Shown in pieces: positions 21,293-31,020 of a stretch of 64,000 bases of DNA; the stretch's first letter is position 1; every line of letters begins with the position of its first letter. A program made the position numbers and the translations under genes. Origin of the DNA: Bacilli bacterium (lineage in GTDB: Bacteria; Bacillota_I; Bacilli_A; RFN20; UBA1709); the NCBI GenBank assembly GCA_050949315.1, contig JBMNFL010000001.1, positions 32,001 through 96,000 on the forward strand, written 5' to 3'. Under the pieces are notes generated by a model that was given only the letters and a program-made list of their open reading frames with translations, was not told the DNA's origin and did not search any database.

Positions 21293-22111
21293 ATGACAGA
21301 ACTTATTATTCAAAACCTTCATGTTGAAGTTGAAGGGAAAGAAATTTTAAAAGGGATTGACCTTACAATTAAAACAGGCGAAATTCATGCCTTGCTAGGA
21401 CCAAATGGTCACGGAAAGTCAACCTTGTTGAATGTTTTAATGGGGCATCCTAAATATAAAGTTACGGCAGGGACAATTAAATTAGATGACGAAGATCTTT
21501 TAACGATGACTACTGATGAACGGGCTAAAAAAGGACTATTTTTAGCTTTTCAATATCCACCAGAAATAAGCGGGGTTTCTATCTCGGATTTTATAAAGAC
21601 AGCAATCAATAGTGGGAAAAGCGAACCTATCTCATTGTATAAGTACATTAGAGAACTTGAAAGTGCGACAAAAAGTGTCGGCTTTGATTTAGAGATGATT
21701 CATCGTTCTTTAAATGCGGGGTTTTCAGGTGGCGAAAAGAAAAGAAGCGAGATTATCCAGATGCAGATGCTTAAGCCCAAAATCGTGCTTTTGGATGAAA
21801 TTGATTCAGGTTTAGATGTTGATGCTATTAAGATGGTGGGGGACGTCTTAAATAAGATGAACGATCAAGAACGCTCCTTTTTAATCGTTAGTCACTATGC
21901 CCGTATGTACGAGCTTGTTAAACCAACTTTTGCTCATGTCATAATAAATGGTCAAATTGTCATGAGTGGTGGCTTGGATATCATCCATCGCATTGATAGT
22001 AGTGGCTATGATTGGATTAAAAAAGAACTCGATATTGAAATAAAAAACGAACAAGAAACACCGACAATTATTCTTGAAAGTTGCGCCAGAGTTAAGAAGG
22101 ATAATAAGTAA
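21293..22111 (+). CDS. sufC: Fe-S assembly ATPase SufC
   Basis: GPNGHGKST, FLAFQYP, GFSGGEKKR, DEIDSGLD. Confidence 0.95.
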   Translation: MTELIIQNLHVEVEGKEILKGIDLTIKTGEIHALLGPNGHGKSTLLNVLMGHPKYKVTAGTIKLDDEDLLTMTTDERAKKGLFLAFQYPPEISGVSISDFIKTAINSGKSEPISLYKYIRELESATKSVGFDLEMIHRSLNAGFSGGEKKRSEIIQMQMLKPKIVLLDEIDSGLDVDAIKMVGDVLNKMNDQERSFLIVSHYARMYELVKPTFAHVIINGQIVMSGGLDIIHRIDSSGYDWIKKELDIEIKNEQETPTIILESCARVKKDNK

Positions 22112-22944
22112 TGTTAGAGATAGATTTAAAAAAGGTTAACAAAAAAGATTTTTTAACTTACGAAGAGGGCAAGTTAACTTTTTTAAGTTCGCCTCAGGAG
22201 CCTATCTTACTTAAGTCAATGTCACAATTAGAAGTTTATGTTCCAACTGATGTCAAGGTTGAACTTATTGAATTATTGACCGATTTAAATGATTATCAAA
22301 TCTCTATAACAGTTCAAGGTGAGTTAAAACATCAAAAGATTTATCTTGATAATTGTGAAGAAATTAAAATTCAAAATACAGTCAAAAACGAAGGTGGAAC
22401 TTATATGTTAACCATCATTGATTTAAGTAGATGTAATCTAAAAAGTACTGTAAATATAGGTACATTTATTAAAAACAGTTTCAGTGATATTTACTGTGCT
22501 TCACTCTGTGGAGTAGGGAGCAAAAAGTTCCATAATCAAATAGTGAATTATGCTCCTAATACCCAAGCCTATATGGAAAATTATGGAATTGCTTATAAAA
22601 ATGGTGATCTAGAAATTGTGGGGATTGGAGAAATTAAGCATGGGGCTTATGCTTCAACAAATCGCCAAAAATCAAATTTAATTGTCATTGATTCTTCGGC
22701 AAAGGCTAGTTCAAAACCCTATCTTTATATTGATGAAAATGATGTCGAAGCCAGCCACGCATCCGCAGTTGGGGATATTTCCGAGGAACAATTGTTTTAT
22801 TTAATGTCTCGTGGTTTTGATAAAGATTTAGCAAAACGTATGATTATTTTAGGTTATTTCCGACCAGTTTTAGATCGCTTGAGTGATTCAAAAATTAAAG
22901 AGCAAATTGTTAACCAGATTAAGGGGGTAATTGATAATGTTTGA
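22111..22944 (+). CDS. sufD: Fe-S assembly protein SufD (short)
   Basis: [27 protein letters not shown]. Confidence 0.88.
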   Translation: MLEIDLKKVNKKDFLTYEEGKLTFLSSPQEPILLKSMSQLEVYVPTDVKVELIELLTDLNDYQISITVQGELKHQKIYLDNCEEIKIQNTVKNEGGTYMLTIIDLSRCNLKSTVNIGTFIKNSFSDIYCASLCGVGSKKFHNQIVNYAPNTQAYMENYGIAYKNGDLEIVGIGEIKHGAYASTNRQKSNLIVIDSSAKASSKPYLYIDENDVEASHASAVGDISEEQLFYLMSRGFDKDLAKRMIILGYFRPVLDRLSDSKIKEQIVNQIKGVIDNV

Positions 22945-24154
22945 TGTTCAAAAAATTCGTCGTGATTTCCCAATGTTAAATAGAGAAAATCCAACTATTT
23001 TTCTCGATAATGCGAGTACGACTTTCAAACCACAATGTGTTATTCAAGCAGTAACCGATTATTATTCAAATTATTGCTCGAATATTCACGAGGGTGATTA
23101 TGATATAAGTTATCAAGCCCAGAAAGAATTTGATCATGCTCGGGAAAAAATCGCGAAATTTATCAATGCCGATAGCCGAGAAATCTGTTTTACTGCGGGT
23201 GATACCGCTTCAATGAATATATTGGCTTTTGCTATTTCGGACACTTTAGAGCCAGGTGATGAAGTCCTTTTGACAGTAGCTGAACATGCTTCTAATATTT
23301 TACCTTGGTTTAGAAAGCAGGAGGAAAAGCACATTGTTATCAACTATATACCTTTAACCGCTAATGGTCGCTTGACTGTAGAAAACGTTGCCAAAACTAT
23401 AAGCCCGAAAACCCGTGTGATTTCCATTGCCAATATTACAAATGTTTTGGGTTACACCGTTGATGTTAAGGCTATTTGTGAATTGGCCCATAAACACAAT
23501 ATTTTAGTTGTTATTGATGGAGCTCAGGGCGTTCCGCGTACCAAGACAGATGTCAAGGAGTGGGATTGTGATTTTTTAGCTTTCTCATCTCACAAGATGT
23601 GTGGTCCAACAGGTGTTGGGGTTTTATATGGTAAATATGAGCATTTACTCAAACTTACTCCACCTTTTATGGGGGGTGGGATGAATAGTCGTTTTGATAC
23701 TTGTGGTAATTATTCATTGATGTTGCCGCCTTTAAAATTTGAGTTTGGCACTCAACATATAGCAGGAGTTATTGGCTTTGGAGCGGCTATTGATTACATT
23801 GAAAGTATTGGTATTGAAAAAATTAGTGAATATGAACGAAAGCTTAAAGCATACGCAGTCAAACGTCTTCAAGCAGAAGTGCCCAATATTAAAATTTATA
23901 ATGCTGATAATGACAGCGGTATTATTACCTTTAATATAGAAGGGATTTTTGCCCAAGATTTGGCTACCCATTTCAATGCTCATAATATCTGTGTTCGCTC
24001 AGGACAACACTGTGCCAAGATTCTTTTAGACTACTTAGGAACAGCAGCAACTGTGCGTGCTAGTGTTTATTTTTATAACACTAAAGAGGAAATAGATGCC
24101 TTTGTCGAAGCTGCTAAGAAGGGAGAAGATTACCTTGATGCCTTTTTCGAATGA
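22937..24154 (+). CDS. sufS: cysteine desulfurase SufS
   Basis: LDNASTT, FSSHKMCGPTG, VRSGQHCA. Confidence 0.95.
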   Translation: MFDVQKIRRDFPMLNRENPTIFLDNASTTFKPQCVIQAVTDYYSNYCSNIHEGDYDISYQAQKEFDHAREKIAKFINADSREICFTAGDTASMNILAFAISDTLEPGDEVLLTVAEHASNILPWFRKQEEKHIVINYIPLTANGRLTVENVAKTISPKTRVISIANITNVLGYTVDVKAICELAHKHNILVVIDGAQGVPRTKTDVKEWDCDFLAFSSHKMCGPTGVGVLYGKYEHLLKLTPPFMGGGMNSRFDTCGNYSLMLPPLKFEFGTQHIAGVIGFGAAIDYIESIGIEKISEYERKLKAYAVKRLQAEVPNIKIYNADNDSGIITFNIEGIFAQDLATHFNAHNICVRSGQHCAKILLDYLGTAATVRASVYFYNTKEEIDAFVEAAKKGEDYLDAFFE

Positions 24155-24587
24155 TCCCACGTTCATGCGGGAAATCATCCTTGATCATTACAAATATCCG
24201 CGCAATAAACATCAACCAAACGATGCGAGTTATAAGAGCATCCACATGGATTCTGTCTCTTGCATTGATGATTTTTATATTTATCTCAAGGTAGAAAAAG
24301 ATGTAGTAAAAGATGTTTGCTTTGAAGGAGTAGGCTGTGCAATCTCTACAGCTACCACTTCAGTTATGACCGAGTTAGTAAAAGGCAAGAGTGTTGAAGA
24401 AGCTAAAAAAATAGTTAAAAACTACCTAACAATGGTCCAAAACACTGGAGAATATGATGAAGACCTGTTAGAGGAAGCCAATGCTTTTAGTCAAACTTAT
24501 AAGCAAGCTAATCGCATTAAATGTGCTAGTCTTACTTGGCTTGGTTTAGCACAATTACTAGAGAATGGTGAGACAAAAAATGAATAA
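24138..24587 (+). CDS. sufU: SufU sulfur-transfer/scaffold protein
   Basis: [24 protein letters not shown]. Confidence 0.9.
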   Translation: MPFSNDPTFMREIILDHYKYPRNKHQPNDASYKSIHMDSVSCIDDFYIYLKVEKDVVKDVCFEGVGCAISTATTSVMTELVKGKSVEEAKKIVKNYLTMVQNTGEYDEDLLEEANAFSQTYKQANRIKCASLTWLGLAQLLENGETKNE

Positions 24588-25959
24588 AGAATACAAATAT
24601 GGTTTTAAAGATAAAGATGTTTCAATCTTAAAAACTGCCAAAGGACTAAACGAGGAAATTGTTAGAGAAATATCCCGTCTTAAAGAAGAACCAAAATGGA
24701 TGGAGGAATTTCGTCTTAAGAGTTATCGTCACTTTAAAAAGGAGCCACTACCAAGTTTTGGTCCTGATTTAAGTTTTTTAGATTTTGATGAATATACTTA
24801 TTTTATCCGCCCAGCCGATAAGGTTAGTAATGATTGGGCCGATGTACCTGAGGAAATCAAAAACACTTTCAATCGTTTGGGCATCCCCAAAGCTGAACAG
24901 TTGTTTTTAGCTGGTGTTTCAACGCAGTATGAATCGGAAGTTGTTTATCATAATATGCTCCAAGAGGTTAAAGAAAAAGGCGTTATATTTTTGGATACTG
25001 ATACGGCTCTAAAAAAATATCCTGAATTGTTTAAAGAATATTTTAATACTGTTGTTCCTTATTACGACAATAAATTTTCCGCTTTAAATGCTGCTGTTTG
25101 GTCGGGAGGCTCTTTTATTTATGTTCCTAAGGGCGTTAAACTAGAAAAACCACTTCAATCTTATTTTCGCATCAATAGTGAACGCATGGGGCAATTTGAA
25201 AGAACTTTAATCATTGTCGATGAGGGTGCGGATCTTCATTATGTTGAGGGTTGTACGGCCCCTATTTATTCTAAAGAATCACTGCATGCGGCAGTGGTTG
25301 AAATAATTGTTAAAAAAGGTGCCAAATGTCGTTATTCCACGATTCAAAATTGGTCAACTAATATTGTTAATCTAGTAACTAAACGGGCCTATGTTTACGA
25401 GGGTGGAATGATGGATTGGATTGATGGTAATATCGGTTCGCAGACTAATATGAAATATCCTGCCTGTATACTTGCAGGTAAAGGAGCGAAAGGTAGTTGC
25501 ATTTCCGTAGCAGTGGCTGGTGTCAATCAATATCAAGATGCGGGCGCCAAAATGATTCATCTAGCGCCCGAGACTAGTAGTATCATTGTTTCTAAGTCTG
25601 TTGTCAGTGGTGGTGGAGTTGTCAATTATCGTGGAAAGGTTTTTATGTCAAAGGAAGCAATCAAGGCCAAGGCTCATGTTGAATGTGACACCTTGCTGCT
25701 TGATGCGAAATCTAAAACAGATACGATACCCGATAATATTTCACATTGTAATCAGGCAATTATTGAGCATGAAGCTACCGTGAGTAAAGTCAGTGAAAAG
25801 CAGTTGTTTTATTTAATGTCGCGCGGTTTGAGCGAAGAAGAGGCCACCCAAATGATTATTATGGGTTTTATTGAGCCTTTTAGTAAGGAACTTCCAATGG
25901 AATATGCGGTTGAGTTAAATCGTTTGTTAAAAATGAGCATGGAGGGTAGTGTTGGTTAA
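24580..25959 (+). CDS. sufB: Fe-S assembly protein SufB
   Basis: [40 protein letters not shown]. Confidence 0.96.
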   Translation: MNKEYKYGFKDKDVSILKTAKGLNEEIVREISRLKEEPKWMEEFRLKSYRHFKKEPLPSFGPDLSFLDFDEYTYFIRPADKVSNDWADVPEEIKNTFNRLGIPKAEQLFLAGVSTQYESEVVYHNMLQEVKEKGVIFLDTDTALKKYPELFKEYFNTVVPYYDNKFSALNAAVWSGGSFIYVPKGVKLEKPLQSYFRINSERMGQFERTLIIVDEGADLHYVEGCTAPIYSKESLHAAVVEIIVKKGAKCRYSTIQNWSTNIVNLVTKRAYVYEGGMMDWIDGNIGSQTNMKYPACILAGKGAKGSCISVAVAGVNQYQDAGAKMIHLAPETSSIIVSKSVVSGGGVVNYRGKVFMSKEAIKAKAHVECDTLLLDAKSKTDTIPDNISHCNQAIIEHEATVSKVSEKQLFYLMSRGLSEEEATQMIIMGFIEPFSKELPMEYAVELNRLLKMSMEGSVG

Positions 25960-25963
25960 ATAA

Positions 25964-25989
25964 AAAAAGTCTAGTTCTACTAGGCTTTT
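25964..25989. terminator. bidirectional terminator between sufB and tRNA-Ser
   Basis: AAAAGTCTAG-TTCTA-CTAGGCTTTT. Confidence 0.6.
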
Positions 25990-25994
25990 GTAAG

Positions 25995-26085
25995 TGGCGG
26001 AGGAATGGGGATTTGAACCCCAGCGCCCTTTGACAGGCCTATCAGCTTTCCAAGCCGACCCCTTCAGCCACTTGGGTATTCCTCC
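25995..26085 (-). tRNA. tRNA-Ser (anticodon GGA)
   Basis: Minus strand GGAGGAATACCCAAGTGGCTGAAGGGG-TCGGC-TTGGAAA-GCTGA, long variable arm, GGTTCAAATCC T-arm, encoded CCA. Confidence 0.96.
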
Positions 26086-26148
26086 GATTGCGAGGTTATT
26101 ATACACGATTGATAAGTCAATGTCATTAAAATTTTAAAGGAGAAAGAA

Positions 26149-27105
26149 ATGGAAAAACATGTAGTTACCGCTCAAGAAGCTCAACAAAGAATTGACAAGT
26201 TTGTCCGCAAATATTTGAACAACACTCCTTTAAGTATGATTTATAAATTATTTCGGAAAAAAGAAATTAGAGTCAATGACAAGCCAGTGGCTGAAGATTA
26301 TATTTTAAAAGAGAATGATGAAATCAAAATCTACCTACCTTTAGCCAAAGAAAAATTTATTGTTGAACAAGAATATCGTCCAATTAAACCCAACTTTAAA
26401 ATTGTCTATGAAGATGACAATGTTTTAGTTGTCAATAAAGAAAAAGGTGTGATCGTTCACAACGCTGAAAACAAAAGTTATGGCACCTTGACCGATCAAG
26501 TTATTACATATCTGGTCCAAAAAGGTCTTTATGATCCCAAAAAGAAAACTTTTGTGCCTGCACCTGCGCATCGTCTTGATCGTAACACCTCGGGATTAGT
26601 CATCTATGGGAAAAATATGGCTGCTCTTCAAGAATTAAATTCCGCCTTTAAAAAACAAGAGGGTTTACAGAAAATTTATCAGGTGTTAATTGTTGGGCGT
26701 GTTTTAGAAACTGGCAAAATTGAACTTCGTTTGCAAAAAGATGCAAAAGAAAAAAAAGTAAGGGTTGTAAATAGGCAGGGTTTAGAGGCTTTAACATTCT
26801 ATCGCCCCTTAAAAATAAGCGAAAAATTCAGTTTAGTTGAAGCGACTATTAAAACGGGAAGAACTCATCAAATTAGAGCACATTTTGCTGCAATTAACCA
26901 TCCGGTTGTTGGCGATAAAAAGTATGGAAATTTTCAGTTAAATTCAGATTTTAAACGCCAATTTAATTGGGAAAATCAATTTTTACATGCTCACAAGTTG
27001 ATTTTTAATAATTTTAATGACACATTAAAATATTTAAATGGCAAAATCTTCCAAGCTGAGCTACCAAATGACAAAAAAACGATAATTAGGAAAATTTTTG
27101 CATAG
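26149..27105 (+). CDS. RluA-family pseudouridine synthase with S4 domain
   Basis: QRIDKF, HRLDRNTSG, TGRTHQIR, FLHA. Confidence 0.93.
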   Translation: MEKHVVTAQEAQQRIDKFVRKYLNNTPLSMIYKLFRKKEIRVNDKPVAEDYILKENDEIKIYLPLAKEKFIVEQEYRPIKPNFKIVYEDDNVLVVNKEKGVIVHNAENKSYGTLTDQVITYLVQKGLYDPKKKTFVPAPAHRLDRNTSGLVIYGKNMAALQELNSAFKKQEGLQKIYQVLIVGRVLETGKIELRLQKDAKEKKVRVVNRQGLEALTFYRPLKISEKFSLVEATIKTGRTHQIRAHFAAINHPVVGDKKYGNFQLNSDFKRQFNWENQFLHAHKLIFNNFNDTLKYLNGKIFQAELPNDKKTIIRKIFA

Positions 27106-27171
27106 AAATTTCGATTTCCTATTTCATTTATTTAAAAACTCATGCTATAATAAAAACATGGTGGTGGTAGA

Positions 27172-27756
27172 ATGAGCGATTTCTTTCAATATGTACGCTT
27201 TGATGTCGTTTTAGTTGTTGTTGCGCTTGTGACCGTTTTACTTTCAGCTTTTCGTAATCAACGCAATGTTGGTCGTAACATGGTGGCACTGATAGTGGCA
27301 CTGGTAGTTGTTGGCTTGCCTGTAGTTTACGACTACGCAGGTCTTTTTACTAAGTTAATCGAAAATCTGAATGCTCATGTTTTTCCAACCATTGATAAAT
27401 ATGTAAGCACCAGCAATACCACTGGCTTTCATCAGTTATTGGTGCTTTTAGTGGTGATTATCGCGGTAGCAATTCTCTATGGAATTATAGTAGGGGTTGC
27501 GCGCTTGATTGGGGGCTCGGATCGTTATAAATATCGGAAATACCCTGATTATGCCACAAGACACATGTTTATAGCGGGAGCGATTTTTGGTTTGGTTAAA
27601 GCGCTGGTCTTTGTTTATCTTCTTTGTATAGTTTATGCTTTCGTAGTCGATTACAGCGCTATTGATAGCTCAAAAGAAATTATTTACGACTTCTTTAAAT
27701 CTTTTGATCCTGTGGTTAAAAAGATAAAGACAGTCATTGAAACGGTAGGTGTTTAA
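27172..27756 (+). CDS. membrane protein, weakly CvpA-like
   Basis: About four TM segments, GAIFGLVKAL motif. Confidence 0.5.
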   Translation: MSDFFQYVRFDVVLVVVALVTVLLSAFRNQRNVGRNMVALIVALVVVGLPVVYDYAGLFTKLIENLNAHVFPTIDKYVSTSNTTGFHQLLVLLVVIIAVAILYGIIVGVARLIGGSDRYKYRKYPDYATRHMFIAGAIFGLVKALVFVYLLCIVYAFVVDYSAIDSSKEIIYDFFKSFDPVVKKIKTVIETVGV

Positions 27757-27759
27757 TCA

Positions 27760-28815
27760 ATGAAACAATTTGATAAAACTGCGCTATTGTTTGAGATGCT
27801 TCTTGGGACGGATATGCAAAATGTCAATCGCAAGATTGAGGCTATCCGTGTCAGTCCAGAGTATGTCAGGGTGGCTAATTTTATTCCTTCAGCCTCCTCA
27901 ACTCAATCTCTAGCCGATGTTAGGGAACGGTTTGATGCCATTGATATCTATGGCATTCTTTCGGTCAACAAAGCGCTGGTGATTGAACAAGAGATTAAAG
28001 AACTTGATCGCCGGCTTAGCGCCTTTCCTTCTTTAAACCCCTATCTAGCTGATGGCAGTGAAAAGAAATATAAATTACGCCGAGTCGGACAAATTGCCGT
28101 CGAGATTAACTCGGAAGGCATGATTGTTGATGATTTTGTAACCAATAAGGGAGTTACTACTTCTAATCGTAGAAAAGTCATAAAATCCAAACTTTTCAAT
28201 TGGTATAAAGAAGCCAAAAAAGGTTTCTTGGATCATATTGAAAATTCTAAGTTAATGCTTTCTAAAATTCGTAATTCCAAAATTGGCTTTGGTAGCATCA
28301 ATTTCCAGTATTATCTTTTAGCACTTTCAACTATTGTATTTCTAGGGTGTTTGCTTTTCTTACCTAGTTTAAGTTCCTATCGGGATGGAACAATGGACAG
28401 CAACTTAGCCGTTTTGCACACTCTGGCCTTCTATGTCTGTTTGATTTGTGCAGCTGTCTCAGCCGTTATCAAAGCGGCTTATAAAACTTATCCTTTTAGG
28501 ATGGCTAGTAAAATGCGCAAACAAGTGGTCAAACAAAGAAAATTGGTTGATGAGCTAGCAAGTAAGAGTTATTACTTTGAAAAAAGTATTGTGGATGCCG
28601 CTAAAGCTCCCAATAGTATTCAAGTTCTAATCAACAGGATTGCCATTATGAAACATTATCAAGATGTTAAAACAAGTGAAATTTTCGATTATGTTTATTG
28701 TGAAAAAGAATTCTACTATATGCGTTTTAAGTGGAGCCTAGTTTTACACTGTATAGTCTTTGCAGTTGGCTTTATTTTGGCTGTTGTAGGAAGTCTTTAC
28801 ACATTGGTCTTTTAG
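27760..28815 (+). CDS. hypothetical membrane protein
   Basis: 351-aa ORF, about three TM segments, tightly coupled to neighbours. Confidence 0.6.
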   Translation: MKQFDKTALLFEMLLGTDMQNVNRKIEAIRVSPEYVRVANFIPSASSTQSLADVRERFDAIDIYGILSVNKALVIEQEIKELDRRLSAFPSLNPYLADGSEKKYKLRRVGQIAVEINSEGMIVDDFVTNKGVTTSNRRKVIKSKLFNWYKEAKKGFLDHIENSKLMLSKIRNSKIGFGSINFQYYLLALSTIVFLGCLLFLPSLSSYRDGTMDSNLAVLHTLAFYVCLICAAVSAVIKAAYKTYPFRMASKMRKQVVKQRKLVDELASKSYYFEKSIVDAAKAPNSIQVLINRIAIMKHYQDVKTSEIFDYVYCEKEFYYMRFKWSLVLHCIVFAVGFILAVVGSLYTLVF

Positions 28816-28829
28816 GAGGTGCGGGGAAA

Positions 28830-29735
28830 ATGAAAAAACTACATGATGTTTTACAACAATTAAAAGAAACCGGACATTACCTAATTGATACGGAAAACAA
28901 ACAGGTTTTGACCAGAGAACAGATTGGTGAAATGATTTCTAACGATTATATTGAGGCGGTTGAGTGTCTAGAAGACAATTCATTTATGGAAACTTTCCAG
29001 GTAGCTGATCAGCCGATGGCAGATCTTCTTCAAACTTTAGAGAGCAAATATGAAAAGCCCGAACAAATTCTATTTTATCTTCAATATGAATTAAGCCCCA
29101 ATTTGCCTTTTAGTTATCGTGAAATCGTTTATCGTGATGTTCAATCAATGGGCAACGCTATTTTAACTGATAAAGCGGAGAAGGAAACAATTTTAGAGGC
29201 GATGAAATTAAAGATGTTCTCCTTTTATGCTCGTTACAAAGAGTTAGATGCTGCCAAAGAAAAGATTGTGGAGCAGATTGATTTTGCCGAGAATTATATT
29301 ATTAAGCATCAAGATATAGCTTACTATCTTTTAGGTTACATCCTAGCGGATCGTAACTATTACAAATATGGGCGTCGAAAGTTTAAGTCCCTAGTGGTTT
29401 TCTATTCCTATTTGGTTGAAAAGAAAAAGTTATTATCTTTCTCGAAACGCATTGATGACGATTTGCTTTTCATGGCTTGGCTTTACTATCTAGGTCATGC
29501 TGAAATTATTGAAAAGTGGAAAGAAGAAGTTAATCGAGTTACAGAATTAGAATTTAGTGTTCTACACAAGTATGATGATGTCGGAGCTTTAAAACCCGAT
29601 CCTCTTAAATTAGAAAAAGATCGTGCCAAAGCTCAAAAGCTTAAAGAAAAAGAAGCTAGGAAGCAACAAGAAGCTGAAGAGGAAAAAGCCGTTCAACGTG
29701 TCACGGTTGAAAGAGTTAAGGAAAAAAAGAAATAG
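28830..29735 (+). CDS. hypothetical protein with charged C-terminal tail
   Basis: ATG at 28830 after AGGAGG; K/E-rich C-terminus. Confidence 0.6.
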   Translation: MKKLHDVLQQLKETGHYLIDTENKQVLTREQIGEMISNDYIEAVECLEDNSFMETFQVADQPMADLLQTLESKYEKPEQILFYLQYELSPNLPFSYREIVYRDVQSMGNAILTDKAEKETILEAMKLKMFSFYARYKELDAAKEKIVEQIDFAENYIIKHQDIAYYLLGYILADRNYYKYGRRKFKSLVVFYSYLVEKKKLLSFSKRIDDDLLFMAWLYYLGHAEIIEKWKEEVNRVTELEFSVLHKYDDVGALKPDPLKLEKDRAKAQKLKEKEARKQQEAEEEKAVQRVTVERVKEKKK

Positions 29736-29757
29736 AAGCAGGTGCCCCTGCTTCTTT
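29734..29757. terminator. bidirectional terminator between the hypothetical operon and trpS
   Basis: AGAAGCAGG-TGCC-CCTGCTTCT. Confidence 0.75.
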
Positions 29758-30748
29758 ATTTTCGATTTAGACCAAGTCTTTTGTAGACGCGGCTTAAAGT
29801 TTTGCGGGCTACAGATTGCGCCCTAGTAGCTCCTTCATCAAGCACTTGATCAAGGATTTTGCTTTCCATAATTTGCTGATAATTAGCTTGCAAGTTTTTT
29901 AGAAAAACTTCAACCGCATCGGCTACAGCTTTTTTAAATTCGCCATAGTTAGCACTTGCAAATTGTTTTTCCAAATCTGGGATGCTCTTATTTTCTAAAC
30001 AAGACATAATAGTTAGAAGATTAGAAATTCCCGGTTTATTGAGCGGATCATAATGAATGCTTGTTTCTGAATCGGTAACTGCACTCATGATTTTTTTGCG
30101 AGCGACTTTAGGCTCATCTAATAAATAGATACAGCCTTTATCGTCATCTTCTTCAGATTTTGACATTTTTTTGTCAGGATTTGATAAGGACATAATCCTT
30201 GCTCCAAATTCGGCAATTAAGGGTTTAGGAACGGTAAAGGTTGCACCAAAACGATTGTTAAAGCGCTGTGCAATATCCCTTGTTAGTTCAACGTGTTGTT
30301 TTTGATCTTCACCAACGGGAACATAATCGCTATCGTAAAGAAGGATATCCGCGGCCATTAAAGTAGGGTAGGTAAATAAACCAACATTATGATTTCCTTT
30401 TTTTTCTTTTTGCATTTTATCTTTATATTGGGTCATTCGGGCTAATTCACCCATGTAAGTATGGCAGTTTAAAATGAAGGCAAGATTGGCATGTTCTAAA
30501 ACGTCTGTTTGCATAAAAAGAGTGACTCTTTTGGGATCAAGACCGCTGGCGAGAAATAAAGCTGCGACGTCTCGACTGTTTTTTCTTAATTCTTGGCGCT
30601 CATTAGGAACGGTCACAGCATGCATGTTCGCCACAAAAATATAGAGCTCATACTCATCTTGATATTCAAGAAAATGCTTAATTGCTCCTAGATAATTGCC
30701 AATAGTTAGTTGACCGGTTGGTTTAATACCACTTAACATTCTTTTCAT
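29756..30748 (-). CDS. trpS: tryptophanyl-tRNA synthetase
   Basis: SGIKPTG.LTIGNY, YPTLMAADIL, VPVGEDQ, KMSKS. Confidence 0.97.
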   Translation of the reverse strand: MKRMLSGIKPTGQLTIGNYLGAIKHFLEYQDEYELYIFVANMHAVTVPNERQELRKNSRDVAALFLASGLDPKRVTLFMQTDVLEHANLAFILNCHTYMGELARMTQYKDKMQKEKKGNHNVGLFTYPTLMAADILLYDSDYVPVGEDQKQHVELTRDIAQRFNNRFGATFTVPKPLIAEFGARIMSLSNPDKKMSKSEEDDDKGCIYLLDEPKVARKKIMSAVTDSETSIHYDPLNKPGISNLLTIMSCLENKSIPDLEKQFASANYGEFKKAVADAVEVFLKNLQANYQQIMESKILDQVLDEGATRAQSVARKTLSRVYKRLGLNRK

Positions 30749-30764
30749 TTTAAAGCCTCCTTTA

Positions 30765-30957
30765 AATAAAAAAACACCATAATTAGGGACGAATTTCTCG
30801 TGGTGCCACCCTTTTTCACTCTTACGAGCCTCTTTTTTTCGATAACGGGAAAAGCGACATTAATCTCTGATAGCCCAACTTCACAAATTTGTCTAGTAAT
30901 TTCCAGCAGCCATTACCTTCCTAAAAGACGAGAACTTGCTAAAATCTATCTAATGTA
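30765..30957 (-). promoter_or_regulatory. Trp T-box riboswitch leader of trpS
   Basis: Minus strand AAGGGTGGCACCACG (30799-30813) with downstream TCGTCCCT; GCTG motif; specifier GAAGT-TGG-GCTA (Trp codon at 30875-30877). Confidence 0.85.
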
Positions 30958-30963
30958 TTTCTA

Positions 30964-30992
30964 ATTTTAATATCAAAAGAAGCTAAAGTCAA
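30964..30992 (-). promoter_or_regulatory. sigmaA promoter of trpS
   Basis: Minus strand TTGACT-17 nt-TAAAAT. Confidence 0.75.
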
Positions 30993-30998
30993 ATGTCA

Positions 30999-31020
30999 GT
31001 TGACTAGTTTTTACTATAAT
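30999..31020 (+). repeat. 22-bp target-site duplication, copy 1 (GTTGACTAGTTTTTACTATAAT)
   Basis: Identical to 32145-32166 and 33215-33236. Confidence 0.95.
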
